A stretch of DNA of 64,000 nt from Gammaproteobacteria bacterium (lineage in GTDB: Bacteria; Pseudomonadota; Gammaproteobacteria; Poriferisulfidales; GCA-002705445), in contig JBJKYB010000002.1 of assembly GCA_045561235.1 (NCBI GenBank), positions 943,025 through 1,007,024 of the forward strand, read 5' to 3'. A program made the translations under genes and the position numbers. Within the stretch, counting starts at the first letter, position 1; each line of letters begins with the position of its first letter. The notes under the pieces are model-generated. The model saw only the letters and a list, made by a program, of their open reading frames with translations. It had not been told where the DNA came from and ran no database searches. Positions 49,086-60,373 of this stretch are shown one piece after another.

Positions 49086-50465
49086 TTAATTATTCTTCAT
49101 TGCAAGTTTTTTTGCCAAGCCTATATATTCTTTTGGTTTTAGGTTTAATAACTTATTTTTAATTTTATTATCAAGATCACACTCGTTAATTATTTCTATT
49201 ATAGAATCATGGCTTATATTTTTACCACGAGTTTTTTCTTTTAAAATATCATAACTATTATTTATATTATAATATCTCATCACTGTTTGTATTGGTTCTG
49301 CTAAAACTTCCCAGCTTTCATTTAAATCACTATCAATTTTTTTAATATTCAAGTCAATTTTGTTCATTCCTTTTATAAGAGATGTTAAGGATAAATAAAA
49401 ATGTGAGTATATTACGCCTAAATTTCTTAGAACTGTAGAGTCAGTTAAATCTCTTTGAAGTCTTGAAACCATAAGCTTTTTGCTTATAGATTGAGATAGG
49501 GCGACTGTTATTTCAAGATTCCCTTCAGCATTTTCAAAATCAATCGGATTTACTTTATGTGGCATTGTGGATGACCCTACTTCAGATTTAATTTTTTTTT
49601 GTTTGATGTAATCTAACATAATGTAGATCCAAATATCTTTAGAAAAATCTAAAAGAATATTTGATATCATACATATATCGTTCAATGCCTCTGAAAGCCA
49701 GTCATGATTTTCTATTTGTGTTGTATGGGTATTTTGCACTAATCCTAAATTAGATAAAAACTTCTTAGTTTCAATATCCCATTTAATTTCTGGTAAAACA
49801 ACATGATGAGCATTAAAATTGCCAACTGCTCCATTCATTTTTGCATAAACAGATCTTTTTTCCATGAACAATGATTGTTTCTTGAGTCTAGAAGAAAATA
49901 CTTTCAACTCTTTCCCAAAAGTTGTTGGTGAAGCTTTTTGACCATGGGTTCTTGATAACATTGGTGTATTAGCATATTTTTTTTCATGTTTTTTCAATAC
50001 ACCTAAAACTTCATTAAGTTTTTTAAGAAGAATTTTTCTGGAGTCGCTATACATCAATGCGTAGGAAATATTATTTATGTCTTCAGAAGTTGCGCAGAAG
50101 TGAATTAATTCTTTCTTGTTTTTTAATGTTTCATGTTTGTTAAATTTACTTTTTAAAAAATATTCTACTGACTTAACATCATGATTTATTTTTTTCTCTA
50201 TCTCTTTAATCTCAAGAGCATCTTTCAAGTTAAAATTTTTACTAATTTTAGTTAAATAGGCCTTTTCGTTTTTATTAATACCAAACTTTTTTTTTATTGG
50301 ATCTAATGATAATAAAAATATAAACCAGCAAACTTCTACATGAACTCTATACTTTATTAATCCGAACTCACTGTTTATCTTTTTAATTTCTTGATCAATT
50401 TGATGTGAATATCTCCCATCTATTGGCGATATTGACATTAATGTGAATTCATTGTTTTTATTCAT
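49086..50465 (-). CDS. purB: Adenylosuccinate lyase
   Basis: 459 aa. SPIDGRY N-terminus, fumarate-lyase signature GSSTMPHKVNP. Confidence 0.93.
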   Translation of the reverse strand: MNKNNEFTLMSISPIDGRYSHQIDQEIKKINSEFGLIKYRVHVEVCWFIFLLSLDPIKKKFGINKNEKAYLTKISKNFNLKDALEIKEIEKKINHDVKSVEYFLKSKFNKHETLKNKKELIHFCATSEDINNISYALMYSDSRKILLKKLNEVLGVLKKHEKKYANTPMLSRTHGQKASPTTFGKELKVFSSRLKKQSLFMEKRSVYAKMNGAVGNFNAHHVVLPEIKWDIETKKFLSNLGLVQNTHTTQIENHDWLSEALNDICMISNILLDFSKDIWIYIMLDYIKQKKIKSEVGSSTMPHKVNPIDFENAEGNLEITVALSQSISKKLMVSRLQRDLTDSTVLRNLGVIYSHFYLSLTSLIKGMNKIDLNIKKIDSDLNESWEVLAEPIQTVMRYYNINNSYDILKEKTRGKNISHDSIIEIINECDLDNKIKNKLLNLKPKEYIGLAKKLAMKNN

Positions 50466-50533
50466 TATTTCGTAATTTTACTGTAGTAATGTACGAATAG
50501 ATTATACTATAATTAAATAAATAATGTTTAATT

Positions 50534-51940
50534 ATGAGAATATTCAATATGAAGAAATCAAAAAATAACTATAGAATTGAAAGTGATAGTATGGGTAAAG
50601 TAAAAATACCTAAAAATTCACTCTATGGTCCACAAACTCAAAGAGCCATTAATAATTTTGATATCAGCAACTTATTGATGCCTAAAGAATTTATTATTAG
50701 TACTCTTCTTATCAAAAAAGCTGCTGCTGTTGCTAACTTTAAACTTGGATTAATCGATAAGAAAGTCTCTACTGCTATTACTAGAAGTGTTGAATACTTA
50801 TTATCTAATTATAACCAAGAGCACTTTCCTGTAGATGTTTTCCAAACAGGTTCCGGTACCAGTACAAATATGAATGTTAATGAGGTAATTTCAAATATAG
50901 CAAAAATTAAATTTAAAACAAAGGTGCATCCAAATGATCATGTGAATATGTCACAGAGTTCAAATGATGTCATACCAACTGCTATAAATCATTGCGCATA
51001 TTATTTAGCTGTGACAAAACTACTACCATCTTTAACTATATTGTCAAAAGATATTGGTATTAAGTCAAAAAAATTAAATAATATTGTTAAAACTGGAAGG
51101 ACACATTTAATGGATGCTATGCCAATTACATTTGGCCAAGAATTATCAGGCTGGAAAGCACAAATAGATGATAATATTGTAAGTTTAAAAAACTGTTTAA
51201 GTAGACTTAAAAGATTACCAATAGGTGGAACTGCAGTTGGTACTGGCATTAATGCTCATAAACTATTTACAAAAGAATTTTTAATAGCAATTAATAAAGG
51301 TAACAAGGTTAAATATATTATCAAAAAAAATAAATTCGAAGGCTTAAGCTCACAAGATGATGCAGTTTTATACAGCTCTCACCTTAAATCCTTAGCAGTA
51401 TCTTTAATTAAGATATCAAATGACTTGAGATGGATGAACTCTGGGCCTGATTCAGGAATTTCAGATATTACTTTAGAAGCTTTGCAGCCTGGAAGTAGTA
51501 TAATGCCAGGTAAAGTAAATCCTGTTATTTCAGAGTCATCTATTATGGCTTGTTCTCAAGTAATCGGAAATGATACAACTGTTATGATCTGTGGGCAATC
51601 AGGTAATTTCCAATTGAATGTCACTCTTCCAATAATTGCATATAACGTTATTCAAAGTACAAATTTAATATCAAATACTGCTATAAGTATTGCAAAAAAA
51701 GCAATTTTAAGTTTTGAAGTTAATAAATTAAAAATTGAAAAATCAGTAGACACAAATCCTATTTTGGTAACAGCTTTAAATAGAATAATTGGATATGAAA
51801 AGGGCGCTTATATAGCTAAGAAGGCATATAAATTGGGTGTTCCAATAATTGATGTAGCATTAAAAGAAACTGATATTACAGAAAAAGAATTAAAGAAAAT
51901 ACTAGATCCTTTAGAGTTAACAAAAGGCGGCATAAAATAG
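50534..51940 (+). CDS. fumC: Class II fumarate hydratase
   Basis: QTGSGTSTNMN, SQSSNDV, GRTHLMDAMP and GSSIMPGKVNP. The first three match FumC rather than AspA variants. The start is uncertain: 50534 or ATG 50549. Confidence 0.85.
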   Translation: MRIFNMKKSKNNYRIESDSMGKVKIPKNSLYGPQTQRAINNFDISNLLMPKEFIISTLLIKKAAAVANFKLGLIDKKVSTAITRSVEYLLSNYNQEHFPVDVFQTGSGTSTNMNVNEVISNIAKIKFKTKVHPNDHVNMSQSSNDVIPTAINHCAYYLAVTKLLPSLTILSKDIGIKSKKLNNIVKTGRTHLMDAMPITFGQELSGWKAQIDDNIVSLKNCLSRLKRLPIGGTAVGTGINAHKLFTKEFLIAINKGNKVKYIIKKNKFEGLSSQDDAVLYSSHLKSLAVSLIKISNDLRWMNSGPDSGISDITLEALQPGSSIMPGKVNPVISESSIMACSQVIGNDTTVMICGQSGNFQLNVTLPIIAYNVIQSTNLISNTAISIAKKAILSFEVNKLKIEKSVDTNPILVTALNRIIGYEKGAYIAKKAYKLGVPIIDVALKETDITEKELKKILDPLELTKGGIK

Positions 51941-51941
51941 T

Positions 51942-54578
51942 TTAAGCAGCTATTTGTTTTAGGACATACTGTAATATTCCTCCGCTTTTAAAGTATTTTA
52001 TTTCTTGCGGTGTATCTATCCTAACATTGACCTCAAATGCTTTTTTAACGGTTCCTTTATCTGCTGTAACTGTAACAGTTTTTGCCTCACCGCTTTTAAT
52101 ACCAGATATTGTGTATAGCTCAGTGCCATCAAGACCTAATGAATCAGCATTTTCGCCTTCTTTAAATTGAAGTGGAAGTATACCCATCCCCACAAGATTT
52201 GATCTGTGAATTCTTTCAAAACTTTCAGTCAATACAGCTTTTACACCTTGTAATTTTGGACCCTTTGCAGCCCAGTCACGCGATGAACCGCTGCCATATT
52301 CTTTACCTGCAATAATAATTGTTGGAACAGATTCTTTCATATATTTCATTGCTGCATCAAATATTGGCATTTCTTTATTAGATGGCATGTGAATCGTATA
52401 GCCGCCCTCAATATGTGGGACAAGTTTATTTTTAAGTCTAATGTTTGCAAATGTCCCTCTCATCATAACTTGGTGATTTCCTCTTCTTGAACCATATGAA
52501 TTAAATTGATTTGGCTGAACATTTTTACTTATTAAATATTTTCCTGCAGGGCTATTTTCTTTAATATTGCCTGCAGGAGAAATATGATCTGTTGTTACAG
52601 AGTCTCCTAAATATGCAAGAACTCTTGCTGACTTAATTTCATCAATAACTATGTCGTTTTCTGACATATCTTCAAAATACGGAGGATTAGCAATATAAGT
52701 TGATTCATCCCATTCGTATTGATTATTTTTTGCAACATCAATATTTTTCCATTCTTGCTCGCCATCGTAAATATTTTCATATGATTTTTTAAATTGTTCT
52801 GCTGTAAGTGAAGATTTTAAAATTTCATTAATTTCAGAATTGGATGGCCATATATCTTTTAAAAAGACTTCTTTGCCATCTTTTGAAATAGATATAGGCT
52901 CCGATGTTATATCTATATTCATCGAGCCTGCTATAGCATATGCTATTACTAGAGGTGGAGAGGCTAAATAATTAAGTTTAACTTCAGCATGAACTCTCCC
53001 TTCAAAATTTCTATTGCCTGAGAGTACTGATGCAGCAACCAAATTATTTTTTTTTATTCCTTCACTTATTTCTTTTATCAATGGGCCTGAGTTGCCAATG
53101 CATGTTGCACAACCGTATCCAACATTATGAAAGCCAAGTTCTTCCATTGGCTTTAAGAGATTTGAATTTTTTAAATATTCTGTAACAACCATCGATCCTG
53201 GAGCTAAAGATGTTTTTACCCACGGCTTTGTTCTAAGACCTAATTCTCTTGCTTTTTTTGCTACCAAACCCGCCGCAACCATAACACTTGGGTTAGATGT
53301 ATTTGTGCATGAGGTAATTGCAGCTATAACTATATCTCCATTGTTAATACTAAAATTTTCACCATCGATGGTTATATCAGATGCTTTATTATCTAAGTTA
53401 AGCGATTCAATTTCCTTTTGATAAGATGATTTAGCATCTTTTAAATTAATTCTATCTTGAGGTCTTTTGGGTCCTGCTATAGATGGTAATACTGTTGATA
53501 TATCTAATTCAATATCCTCAGAATAAATAGCAGCATCGCAATCTTTTCTTGTTAGCCCAACTTTTTCAGAGTATTTTTGTATAAGATCAATTTGACTATC
53601 ATCTCTATTAGAGAGTTTCATATAATCAATTGTTTCATCATCAATTGGGAATATACCACATGTAGCACCATACTCTGGAGCCATATTTGCAATTGTAGCT
53701 CTATCTCCTAATGAAAGGTTGTCCAAACCATCTCCGTAAAACTCAACAAATTTTCCAACAACACCATGCTGTCTGAGTATTTCTACAATATTCAAAACAA
53801 GATCAGTAGCTGTAACACCCTCTGATATGTTACCAGTTAGTTTAAAGCCAACAACTTTTGGTATAAGCATAGAAATAGGTTGACCTAACATTGAAGCTTC
53901 AGCTTCAATTCCTCCTACTCCCCAACCAAGAACGCCAATGCCATTGATCATAGTAGTATGAGAATCCGTCCCAACTACAGTGTCTGGATATGCATAGTTA
54001 TTACCGTTAATCTCTTTCGTAAAAATACATCTAGCTAAAAACTCAATATTTATTTGATGAACAATCCCAGTATCTGGTGGCACAACTTTAAAATTCGAAA
54101 ATGCTGACTGACCCCATTTTAGAAATTTATATCTCTCAAAATTTCTTTCATATTCTAGTTTTGCATTTAAACTAAAAGCCTTTTCTGATCCAAAATTATC
54201 AACTTGCACAGAATGATCAATTACTAATTCAGCTGGCTGAAGAGGGTTTATATCGTTAGGACTTTTCCCTAATTTTTTTATAGCATCTCTCATCGCTGCT
54301 AAATCTACCACAGCAGGTACACCTGTAAAATCCTGCATTAATACTCTTGCTGGCCTATAAGCTATTTCTTTTTTAGCAGCATGTTTACGCCATTCAATAA
54401 TAGATTCAATATCTTTTTTTGTGACGGTTTGCCCATCTTCATTTCTAAGCAAATTTTCTAGAAGTATTTTGATAGAGTAGGGAAGTTCTCTAACACCATT
54501 AATTTTTGATATATCGAAGATGGTGTATTTATTATTAGAACATGTAATTTCTGTTTTTGTATTAAAACTATTTTTCAT
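51942..54578 (-). CDS. acnA: Aconitate hydratase A
   Basis: 878 aa, IRP/AcnA architecture. Cluster cysteines in ITSCTNTSNP and GCATCIGNSGP. Confidence 0.95.
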   Translation of the reverse strand: MKNSFNTKTEITCSNNKYTIFDISKINGVRELPYSIKILLENLLRNEDGQTVTKKDIESIIEWRKHAAKKEIAYRPARVLMQDFTGVPAVVDLAAMRDAIKKLGKSPNDINPLQPAELVIDHSVQVDNFGSEKAFSLNAKLEYERNFERYKFLKWGQSAFSNFKVVPPDTGIVHQINIEFLARCIFTKEINGNNYAYPDTVVGTDSHTTMINGIGVLGWGVGGIEAEASMLGQPISMLIPKVVGFKLTGNISEGVTATDLVLNIVEILRQHGVVGKFVEFYGDGLDNLSLGDRATIANMAPEYGATCGIFPIDDETIDYMKLSNRDDSQIDLIQKYSEKVGLTRKDCDAAIYSEDIELDISTVLPSIAGPKRPQDRINLKDAKSSYQKEIESLNLDNKASDITIDGENFSINNGDIVIAAITSCTNTSNPSVMVAAGLVAKKARELGLRTKPWVKTSLAPGSMVVTEYLKNSNLLKPMEELGFHNVGYGCATCIGNSGPLIKEISEGIKKNNLVAASVLSGNRNFEGRVHAEVKLNYLASPPLVIAYAIAGSMNIDITSEPISISKDGKEVFLKDIWPSNSEINEILKSSLTAEQFKKSYENIYDGEQEWKNIDVAKNNQYEWDESTYIANPPYFEDMSENDIVIDEIKSARVLAYLGDSVTTDHISPAGNIKENSPAGKYLISKNVQPNQFNSYGSRRGNHQVMMRGTFANIRLKNKLVPHIEGGYTIHMPSNKEMPIFDAAMKYMKESVPTIIIAGKEYGSGSSRDWAAKGPKLQGVKAVLTESFERIHRSNLVGMGILPLQFKEGENADSLGLDGTELYTISGIKSGEAKTVTVTADKGTVKKAFEVNVRIDTPQEIKYFKSGGILQYVLKQIAA

Positions 54579-54599
54579 TAAAATTTATCCTTGTTTAAA

Positions 54600-55208
54600 T
54601 TAAATAAAAAAACTATCGCATTTAGTTAAAATTTCTTTTCTTCTAAACATTAGATGCCATTTTGAGCCACCATGATAATCCCATAAAAAAGAGGCTCTTA
54701 TACCACTAAGCAATAAAGCTCTTATCAAAGAAGAATTTTTATCTAAATACTCTTTTTTACCTGAAATTATTACTCTAGGTCTAATAATTCCTATATATTC
54801 TTTATATATATCTTCAGAGTAAGCAATCAGATCATTTAAATTTGTAGTCATCATACTATTATCTTGATAATTATCAATTTTTTTTCCAATCATATTTTTT
54901 AAATCACTGATTTTATTTATATTTTTTTGAATTAAAATTATATTTAAAGCATACTTTTGCATGGTAAGTATTGATATATCATTTTTTCCAACAAGTATAT
55001 CTTTTAATAGTTTGTACCCGTCAGCAAGAGTAGATTTATGCTTATAGATATCATTGGCTTCTGAGGTATTTTTAATATAAATACTTTTAATAAATGGTTC
55101 CGCCTCATTAGAGGCATCATAATCAGTTGTTGCAATCTTATTAATCATATAAACATTTTGAAGCATAGCTATAAGAGATGTTATGTAGTTATCGCTAATT
55201 TTAACCAT
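54600..55208 (-). CDS. hflD: HflD homologue
   Basis: The C-terminus IRALLLSGIRASFLWDYHGGSKWHLMFRRKEIL parallels E. coli HflD ([32 protein letters not shown]). Sits immediately downstream of mnmA. Confidence 0.82.
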   Translation of the reverse strand: MVKISDNYITSLIAMLQNVYMINKIATTDYDASNEAEPFIKSIYIKNTSEANDIYKHKSTLADGYKLLKDILVGKNDISILTMQKYALNIILIQKNINKISDLKNMIGKKIDNYQDNSMMTTNLNDLIAYSEDIYKEYIGIIRPRVIISGKKEYLDKNSSLIRALLLSGIRASFLWDYHGGSKWHLMFRRKEILTKCDSFFI

Positions 55209-56283
55209 TTGTAATAATACCTCCTCCTAAACATTTGTTATCGTCAAATATCACTAATGATTGTCCTTGAGCAGGTGCTCTTATTAATTCATTTGAATCA
55301 ACACGAAATAAATTTTTATTAATCTTTTCAATACTACAGAAATATTTTTCTCCTAGATGCCTTACTTGGCATAAAAGATTTCTTTCTAAAATACTATCAA
55401 TTGAATCAGTGATTAATTCTAAATCTTTAATAAATATAGATTTATGAAACAGCAAAGGATTATTATTTCCTTGGCACACATATAATTTATTATTTTCAAG
55501 ATCTTTTTTATAAACATACCAAGGTAAATTTTTAGCACCTTTCATACCGCCTATACCTATTCCCTCTCTTTGTCCTATAGTTGTATAAAACATACCATTA
55601 TGCTTACCGATAACTACATTGTTTTCATTAACTATTTCGCCTGGAATATTTTTTATATAGCTACTAATAAATTTTTTAAATTTTTTATTTCCAATAAAAC
55701 AAATACCCATGCTTTCTTTCTTATCGTAAGATTTAAAGCCAAAATTTTTTGCAATTTTTTTTACTTTTTCTTTTTCTATGTCTGAAAGCGGAAATATTAC
55801 TTTCGATAACTGGTTTTGATCAAGAGTATGTAAAAAATATGTTTGATCTTTTTTTGAATCTTTAGGTGTTGTTAAAAAAAAACGTGAATTTTCTGAGGCT
55901 ATTTTAGCGTAATGACCGGTCGCTATTTTTTTTGCGCCAAGACTTCTGGCATGATCCATAAAAACTTTAAATTTTATAAATTTATTACACAATATGTCAG
56001 GATTTGGAGTTAATCCTTTTTTATAACTATCAATAAAATTTAAAAAAATGTTATTCCAATACTCATCTGAGAAATTTGCTGTATGTAGCTTTACATTTAG
56101 TTTTTTACATGCATCTTCAGCATATTCGAGATCTTCTTTAGCATTACATCCAGAGTTCTCATCATCTTCGTCCCAATTTTTCATGAATAATGCTTCAACA
56201 TTACATCCTTTTTCATGCAAAATTTTTAAAGAAACGGAGGAATCTACACCTCCAGATAATCCTACAATAATTTTTTCACTCAT
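55201..56283 (-). CDS. mnmA: tRNA 2-thiouridine(34) synthase
   Basis: PP-loop GLSGGVDSSV, plus TGHYA and DQTYFL blocks. Confidence 0.95.
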   Translation of the reverse strand: MSEKIIVGLSGGVDSSVSLKILHEKGCNVEALFMKNWDEDDENSGCNAKEDLEYAEDACKKLNVKLHTANFSDEYWNNIFLNFIDSYKKGLTPNPDILCNKFIKFKVFMDHARSLGAKKIATGHYAKIASENSRFFLTTPKDSKKDQTYFLHTLDQNQLSKVIFPLSDIEKEKVKKIAKNFGFKSYDKKESMGICFIGNKKFKKFISSYIKNIPGEIVNENNVVIGKHNGMFYTTIGQREGIGIGGMKGAKNLPWYVYKKDLENNKLYVCQGNNNPLLFHKSIFIKDLELITDSIDSILERNLLCQVRHLGEKYFCSIEKINKNLFRVDSNELIRAPAQGQSLVIFDDNKCLGGGIITNG

Positions 56284-56732
56284 TTTTCTAATAAATTTTT
56301 CAGAATTTCTTTAGGGTACTTTACTCCTTTTTCATAATCTTCAATACATTTTAATACCATGTCGCTCCTGTATAAAAAATTTGAAGAAGTAAGTTCTTTC
56401 TTTGGCAGCCACAGTTTTCTTAATATATTTTTATCAAGACTTCTATCTACATGTTCTTCCAGTATATTACATTTAAAACAAAATCTTAACCACATGTCTA
56501 AAGAATTTTTCTTTCTCTCTTGATAGATTCCTACTAAGTAATCTACTTCGACATCATATGCAGTTTCTTCAAGAGTTTCTCTTATACAACCTTCCTCCAA
56601 AGTCTCGTCTTCCTCTAAGTGACCAGCAGGCTGATTGAGAACTTTTTTGTCGTTAATATATTCTTCAACAAATAAGTATTCATTATTTTTTTTAATTATT
56701 GAAGCAACAGTGATGTGTGGTACCCAAGACAT
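56280..56732 (-). CDS. NUDIX hydrolase (NudJ-like position upstream of mnmA)
   Basis: Nudix box GHLEEDETLEEGCIRETLEETA. Confidence 0.82.
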   Translation of the reverse strand: MSWVPHITVASIIKKNNEYLFVEEYINDKKVLNQPAGHLEEDETLEEGCIRETLEETAYDVEVDYLVGIYQERKKNSLDMWLRFCFKCNILEEHVDRSLDKNILRKLWLPKKELTSSNFLYRSDMVLKCIEDYEKGVKYPKEILKNLLEK

Positions 56733-56745
56733 AATAAATATTTTA

Positions 56746-56964
56746 TTATCTATCTCTAAAAGTAATTCTACCTTTAGTTAAATCATACGGTGTAAGTGCA
56801 ACGGTAACTTTATCGCCAGTCAAGATTCTAATATAATTTTTACGCATTTTCCCAGAAATATGAGCTGTTACAACATGGCCATTTTCTAACTCTACTCTGA
56901 ACATAGTATTTGGCAAAGTATCAATAACAGTACCTTCCATTTCGATGTGTTCTTCTTTTGCCAT
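56746..56964 (-). CDS. infA: Translation initiation factor IF-1
   Basis: 72 aa. [41 protein letters not shown] is near-identical to the canonical IF-1 S1 fold. Confidence 0.97.
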   Translation of the reverse strand: MAKEEHIEMEGTVIDTLPNTMFRVELENGHVVTAHISGKMRKNYIRILTGDKVTVALTPYDLTKGRITFRDR

Positions 56965-57110
56965 ATTTTTTTTGTAAAATTAAATATTGTATTATTTATG
57001 TTTTTAAGTTAAAAATCTTAATAGAAAGTATATCAGAATTTTATTTTTATTAGTATACGTGCTTTTATTTATATTTAACTATGTGTTTTTTGATTTTAGG
57101 AGTTTGATAA

Positions 57111-58037
57111 ATGAGTTTAGGCATTTTGTTTCCAGGGCAAGGTTCTCAAAATATCGGGATGTTAAAAGATCTCAAATCTTCTTATAGCATCGTGTCGGAA
57201 GTTTTCGAAGAGGCTTCTGATATTCTTTCTTGTGATCTATGGAAAATTGCAAAAAATGGACCAGAGTCAAAAATAAATGATACTGAATTTACTCAACCAA
57301 TAATGCTTTGTGCTGCATTTTCGGTTTGGAAAATATGGAAGGATGAAGGTGGTGACAATCCAATTTATTTGGCTGGACACAGCTTTGGTGAGTACACAGC
57401 TTTATGTGCATCTGGAGCCCTAAAGTTTAAGGATGCGGTTAATTTAGTGAAAAAGAGAGCTTTATGTATGAAATCTGCTCCAAGAGGAAAAATGGCAGCA
57501 ATTATAGGTATTGATTTTCAAAAACTTAAAAGTTTGCATGATGAGAATGCATTAAGTGAGGTAAGTATTGCAAATCTAAACGCACCTGGGCAAATTGTAA
57601 TATCAGGAACTGAGGATGGTGTTCATCAGCTTTCTGATTTAGCTTTATTAAACAGCGCTAAAAAAGTTATACCTCTTCCAGTTAGTGTTGCCGCTCATTC
57701 ATCTCTAATGATAGAACAATCAACTATTTTCAAAGAGTTTATTACCAATATTAATATTAATAAACCTGATATTCCTGTAGTTAATAATGTTGATGTTAAA
57801 GTTGAAGAAGATGAAAACTTAATAAAAGACGCTTTAGTAAGACAATTATTTTCTTCTGTAAGATGGGTAGAAACTATAGAGTATATGGAGCAGCAAGGTG
57901 TTGATACTATGCTAGAATTGGGTCCAGGAAAAGTTCTAACTTCATTTAACAAAAGAATTGATAATAGTATAAAATCATTATCAGTATCTGATTCAAATAG
58001 TTTGGAATCAGCCCTGGAGATATTGAGCAGTTTATGA
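57111..58037 (+). CDS. fabD: Malonyl-CoA:ACP transacylase
   Basis: FPGQGSQ and GHSFGEY active-site motifs. Confidence 0.95.
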   Translation: MSLGILFPGQGSQNIGMLKDLKSSYSIVSEVFEEASDILSCDLWKIAKNGPESKINDTEFTQPIMLCAAFSVWKIWKDEGGDNPIYLAGHSFGEYTALCASGALKFKDAVNLVKKRALCMKSAPRGKMAAIIGIDFQKLKSLHDENALSEVSIANLNAPGQIVISGTEDGVHQLSDLALLNSAKKVIPLPVSVAAHSSLMIEQSTIFKEFITNININKPDIPVVNNVDVKVEEDENLIKDALVRQLFSSVRWVETIEYMEQQGVDTMLELGPGKVLTSFNKRIDNSIKSLSVSDSNSLESALEILSSL

Positions 58038-58777
58038 GTAACAAAAAAATAGCATTAATTACAGGAGCCACAAGAGGAATAGGATTGGCAATTGCAAAAG
58101 ACATGTCAAGGCATGGTTATATTGTTCTTGGAACCGGCACCAGTGAAAATTCAGTTAATTATCTAAAAAATGAACTAGAATTAAACAAGATTGATGGTAA
58201 GGCATATTTGTTGGATATTAAAGATCAAGAGTCAATTAATAATTTATTTAAAAATATAAGTGAAGATTATTCAGATACTCCAGATGTTTTAATAAATAAT
58301 GCTGGAATAACAAATGATAATTTACTAATTCGCATGGATGACAGTCAATGGTTTGATACAATTGAAACTAATATTAATTCTTTATACAAAATATCAAAAA
58401 TATTTGTTAAACCTATGATTAAAAAGAGAAATGGGAGAATAATTTGCATATCATCTGTAGTAGCAAGCACAGGAAATGCAGGCCAGACAAATTATGTCAC
58501 CTCTAAGTCAGGAATGATAGGATTTTGCAAATCACTAGCAAAAGAAGTTGCCACAAGGGGAATTACTGTAAACTGCGTCTCACCAGGCTTTATTGAAACA
58601 GATATGACAAATAAATTAAACGATGCTCAAAAAGAACAAATTTCTAAAAATATCCCTACAAATAAAATGGGAAGTCCTGAGGATATTGCCTATGCAGTAT
58701 CGTTTTTGGCTTCTGACAAGGCTTCTTATATAACTGGGGAGACGATTAATGTTAATGGGGGACTATTTATGCCATAG
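58034..58777 (+). CDS. fabG: 3-oxoacyl-ACP reductase
   Basis: TGATRGIG, NNAG and YVTSK (YxxxK) motifs; ATGA overlap with fabD. Confidence 0.95.
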   Translation: MSNKKIALITGATRGIGLAIAKDMSRHGYIVLGTGTSENSVNYLKNELELNKIDGKAYLLDIKDQESINNLFKNISEDYSDTPDVLINNAGITNDNLLIRMDDSQWFDTIETNINSLYKISKIFVKPMIKKRNGRIICISSVVASTGNAGQTNYVTSKSGMIGFCKSLAKEVATRGITVNCVSPGFIETDMTNKLNDAQKEQISKNIPTNKMGSPEDIAYAVSFLASDKASYITGETINVNGGLFMP

Positions 58778-58855
58778 TAATCATTTCTGGATTATCTGGC
58801 GTATATTTAATAGAATGAGCGAGTTTTGTAAGCATCACAACTAATAGGGGACAGC

Positions 58856-59089
58856 ATGAGCAATGAAGATAGAGTAAAGAAAGTAATTATGGAGCAACTT
58901 GGTGTTAAGGAAGATCAAATCACTGAAAATGCTTCTTTTGTGGATGATTTAGGAGCAGATTCTCTTGATACAGTTGAATTAGTTATGGCATTGGAAGAAG
59001 AGTTTGACTGTGAAATACCAGACGAAGAAGCTGAGAAAATCACAACTGTAGCGCAAGCAAACGCTTATGTTGAGGCAAATAGTAAGTAA
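58856..59089 (+). CDS. acpP: Acyl carrier protein
   Basis: [20 protein letters not shown] with the phosphopantetheine-attachment Ser. Confidence 0.97.
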   Translation: MSNEDRVKKVIMEQLGVKEDQITENASFVDDLGADSLDTVELVMALEEEFDCEIPDEEAEKITTVAQANAYVEANSK

Positions 59090-59120
59090 GTAATATATAT
59101 TCACAAAATTTTAATAAATA

Positions 59121-60371
59121 ATGACAGAGAATACCAGACGCGTAGTAGTAACAGGATTAGGAATAGTTTCGCCTGTTGGTTCAACTGTTGATAAGGCGTG
59201 GACCAATATAAAAAACGGAGTTAGTGGAATAAGAAAAATTTCGACATTTGATGCGTCTTCTTTTTCAGTTCAAATTTCGGGTTCAGTCATTGATTTTAAT
59301 GCAGATGACTACATTACACCAAAAAATCAAAAAAAAATGGATACTTTCATTCATTATGGTATTGGTGCAAGTGTCATGGCAATTAATGATTCAGGTCTTG
59401 AGATATCGGAAGAAAATAGCGATAGGGTAGGAATCTCTATTGGGTCAGGAATAGGAGGTTTACCATATATAGAAAGAAATTATGGTAATTTTCTAGATAG
59501 CGGGCCAAGAAAAATATCTCCTTTTTTTGTTCCAAGCTCAATTATTAATATGGTATCTGGTAATTTGTCAATTATGTACGGAATTACAGGGCCAAACCTA
59601 TCTTTGGTTTCAGCATGCGCTACAGGAACTCATAGTATTGGAGATGCTGCTAGGTTAATAAAACATGGGTATGTTGATTGTATGATTGCTGGCGGCGCAG
59701 AAATGGCTACATGCCCATTAGGAATTGGAGGCTTTGCCTCTGCTAAAGCTCTTTGCTCTTCAAATAATGATGATCCGGAAACTGCTAGCAAACCTTGGGA
59801 TATAGACAGGAATGGTTTCGTACTTGGTGATGGCGCAGGAATTTTAGTCCTAGAGGATTACGAGCATGCAAAAAAGCGCGACGCTAAAATTTATTGTGAA
59901 ATTGTTGGCTTCGGTATAAATAGTGATGCTCATCATATGACTCAACCCGCTACAGGAGGTGCTGGGGCTGCAAAATGTATGAAATTAGCTCTTAATGAAG
60001 CATCTTTAAATGAAGATGAAGTTGACTATATAAATGCTCATGGAACATCAACTCCTGCAGGAGATAAAGCAGAGACAGATGCAATTAAAACAGCGCTTGG
60101 AACTGATAACGCAAAAAATACTCCGATAAGCTCAACTAAATCAATGATAGGACATTTATTAGGAGCTGCAGGAGGCGTAGAAGCTGTATTTTCAGTCCTT
60201 GCAATTAAAGATAATGTAATACCACCGACAATAAATCTTAATAAACAAGATCCAGAGTGTGATTTGGATTATGTTCCTAAAATTGCAAGAGAAACTGATA
60301 TTAAAGTAGCAATATCTAATTCTTTCGGATTTGGTGGTACGAACGGAACTCTAATATTTAAACGTATGTAA
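59121..60371 (+). CDS. fabF: 3-oxoacyl-ACP synthase II
   Basis: Active-site Cys in SACATGTHS, HMTQP and NAHGTSTP His residues, C-terminal NSFGFGGTN. Follows acpP. Confidence 0.95.
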   Translation: MTENTRRVVVTGLGIVSPVGSTVDKAWTNIKNGVSGIRKISTFDASSFSVQISGSVIDFNADDYITPKNQKKMDTFIHYGIGASVMAINDSGLEISEENSDRVGISIGSGIGGLPYIERNYGNFLDSGPRKISPFFVPSSIINMVSGNLSIMYGITGPNLSLVSACATGTHSIGDAARLIKHGYVDCMIAGGAEMATCPLGIGGFASAKALCSSNNDDPETASKPWDIDRNGFVLGDGAGILVLEDYEHAKKRDAKIYCEIVGFGINSDAHHMTQPATGGAGAAKCMKLALNEASLNEDEVDYINAHGTSTPAGDKAETDAIKTALGTDNAKNTPISSTKSMIGHLLGAAGGVEAVFSVLAIKDNVIPPTINLNKQDPECDLDYVPKIARETDIKVAISNSFGFGGTNGTLIFKRM

Positions 60372-60373
60372 TC

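Noticed and set aside
50534-51940. Alternative call as aspartate ammonia-lyase (AspA) because of GKVNPV.
   Set aside because: QTGSGTSTNMN, SQSSNDV and GRTHLMDAMP match FumC, where AspA has GGAGTSVNMN, CQSTNDA and GRTQLQDAVP. I kept class II fumarase but lowered the confidence.
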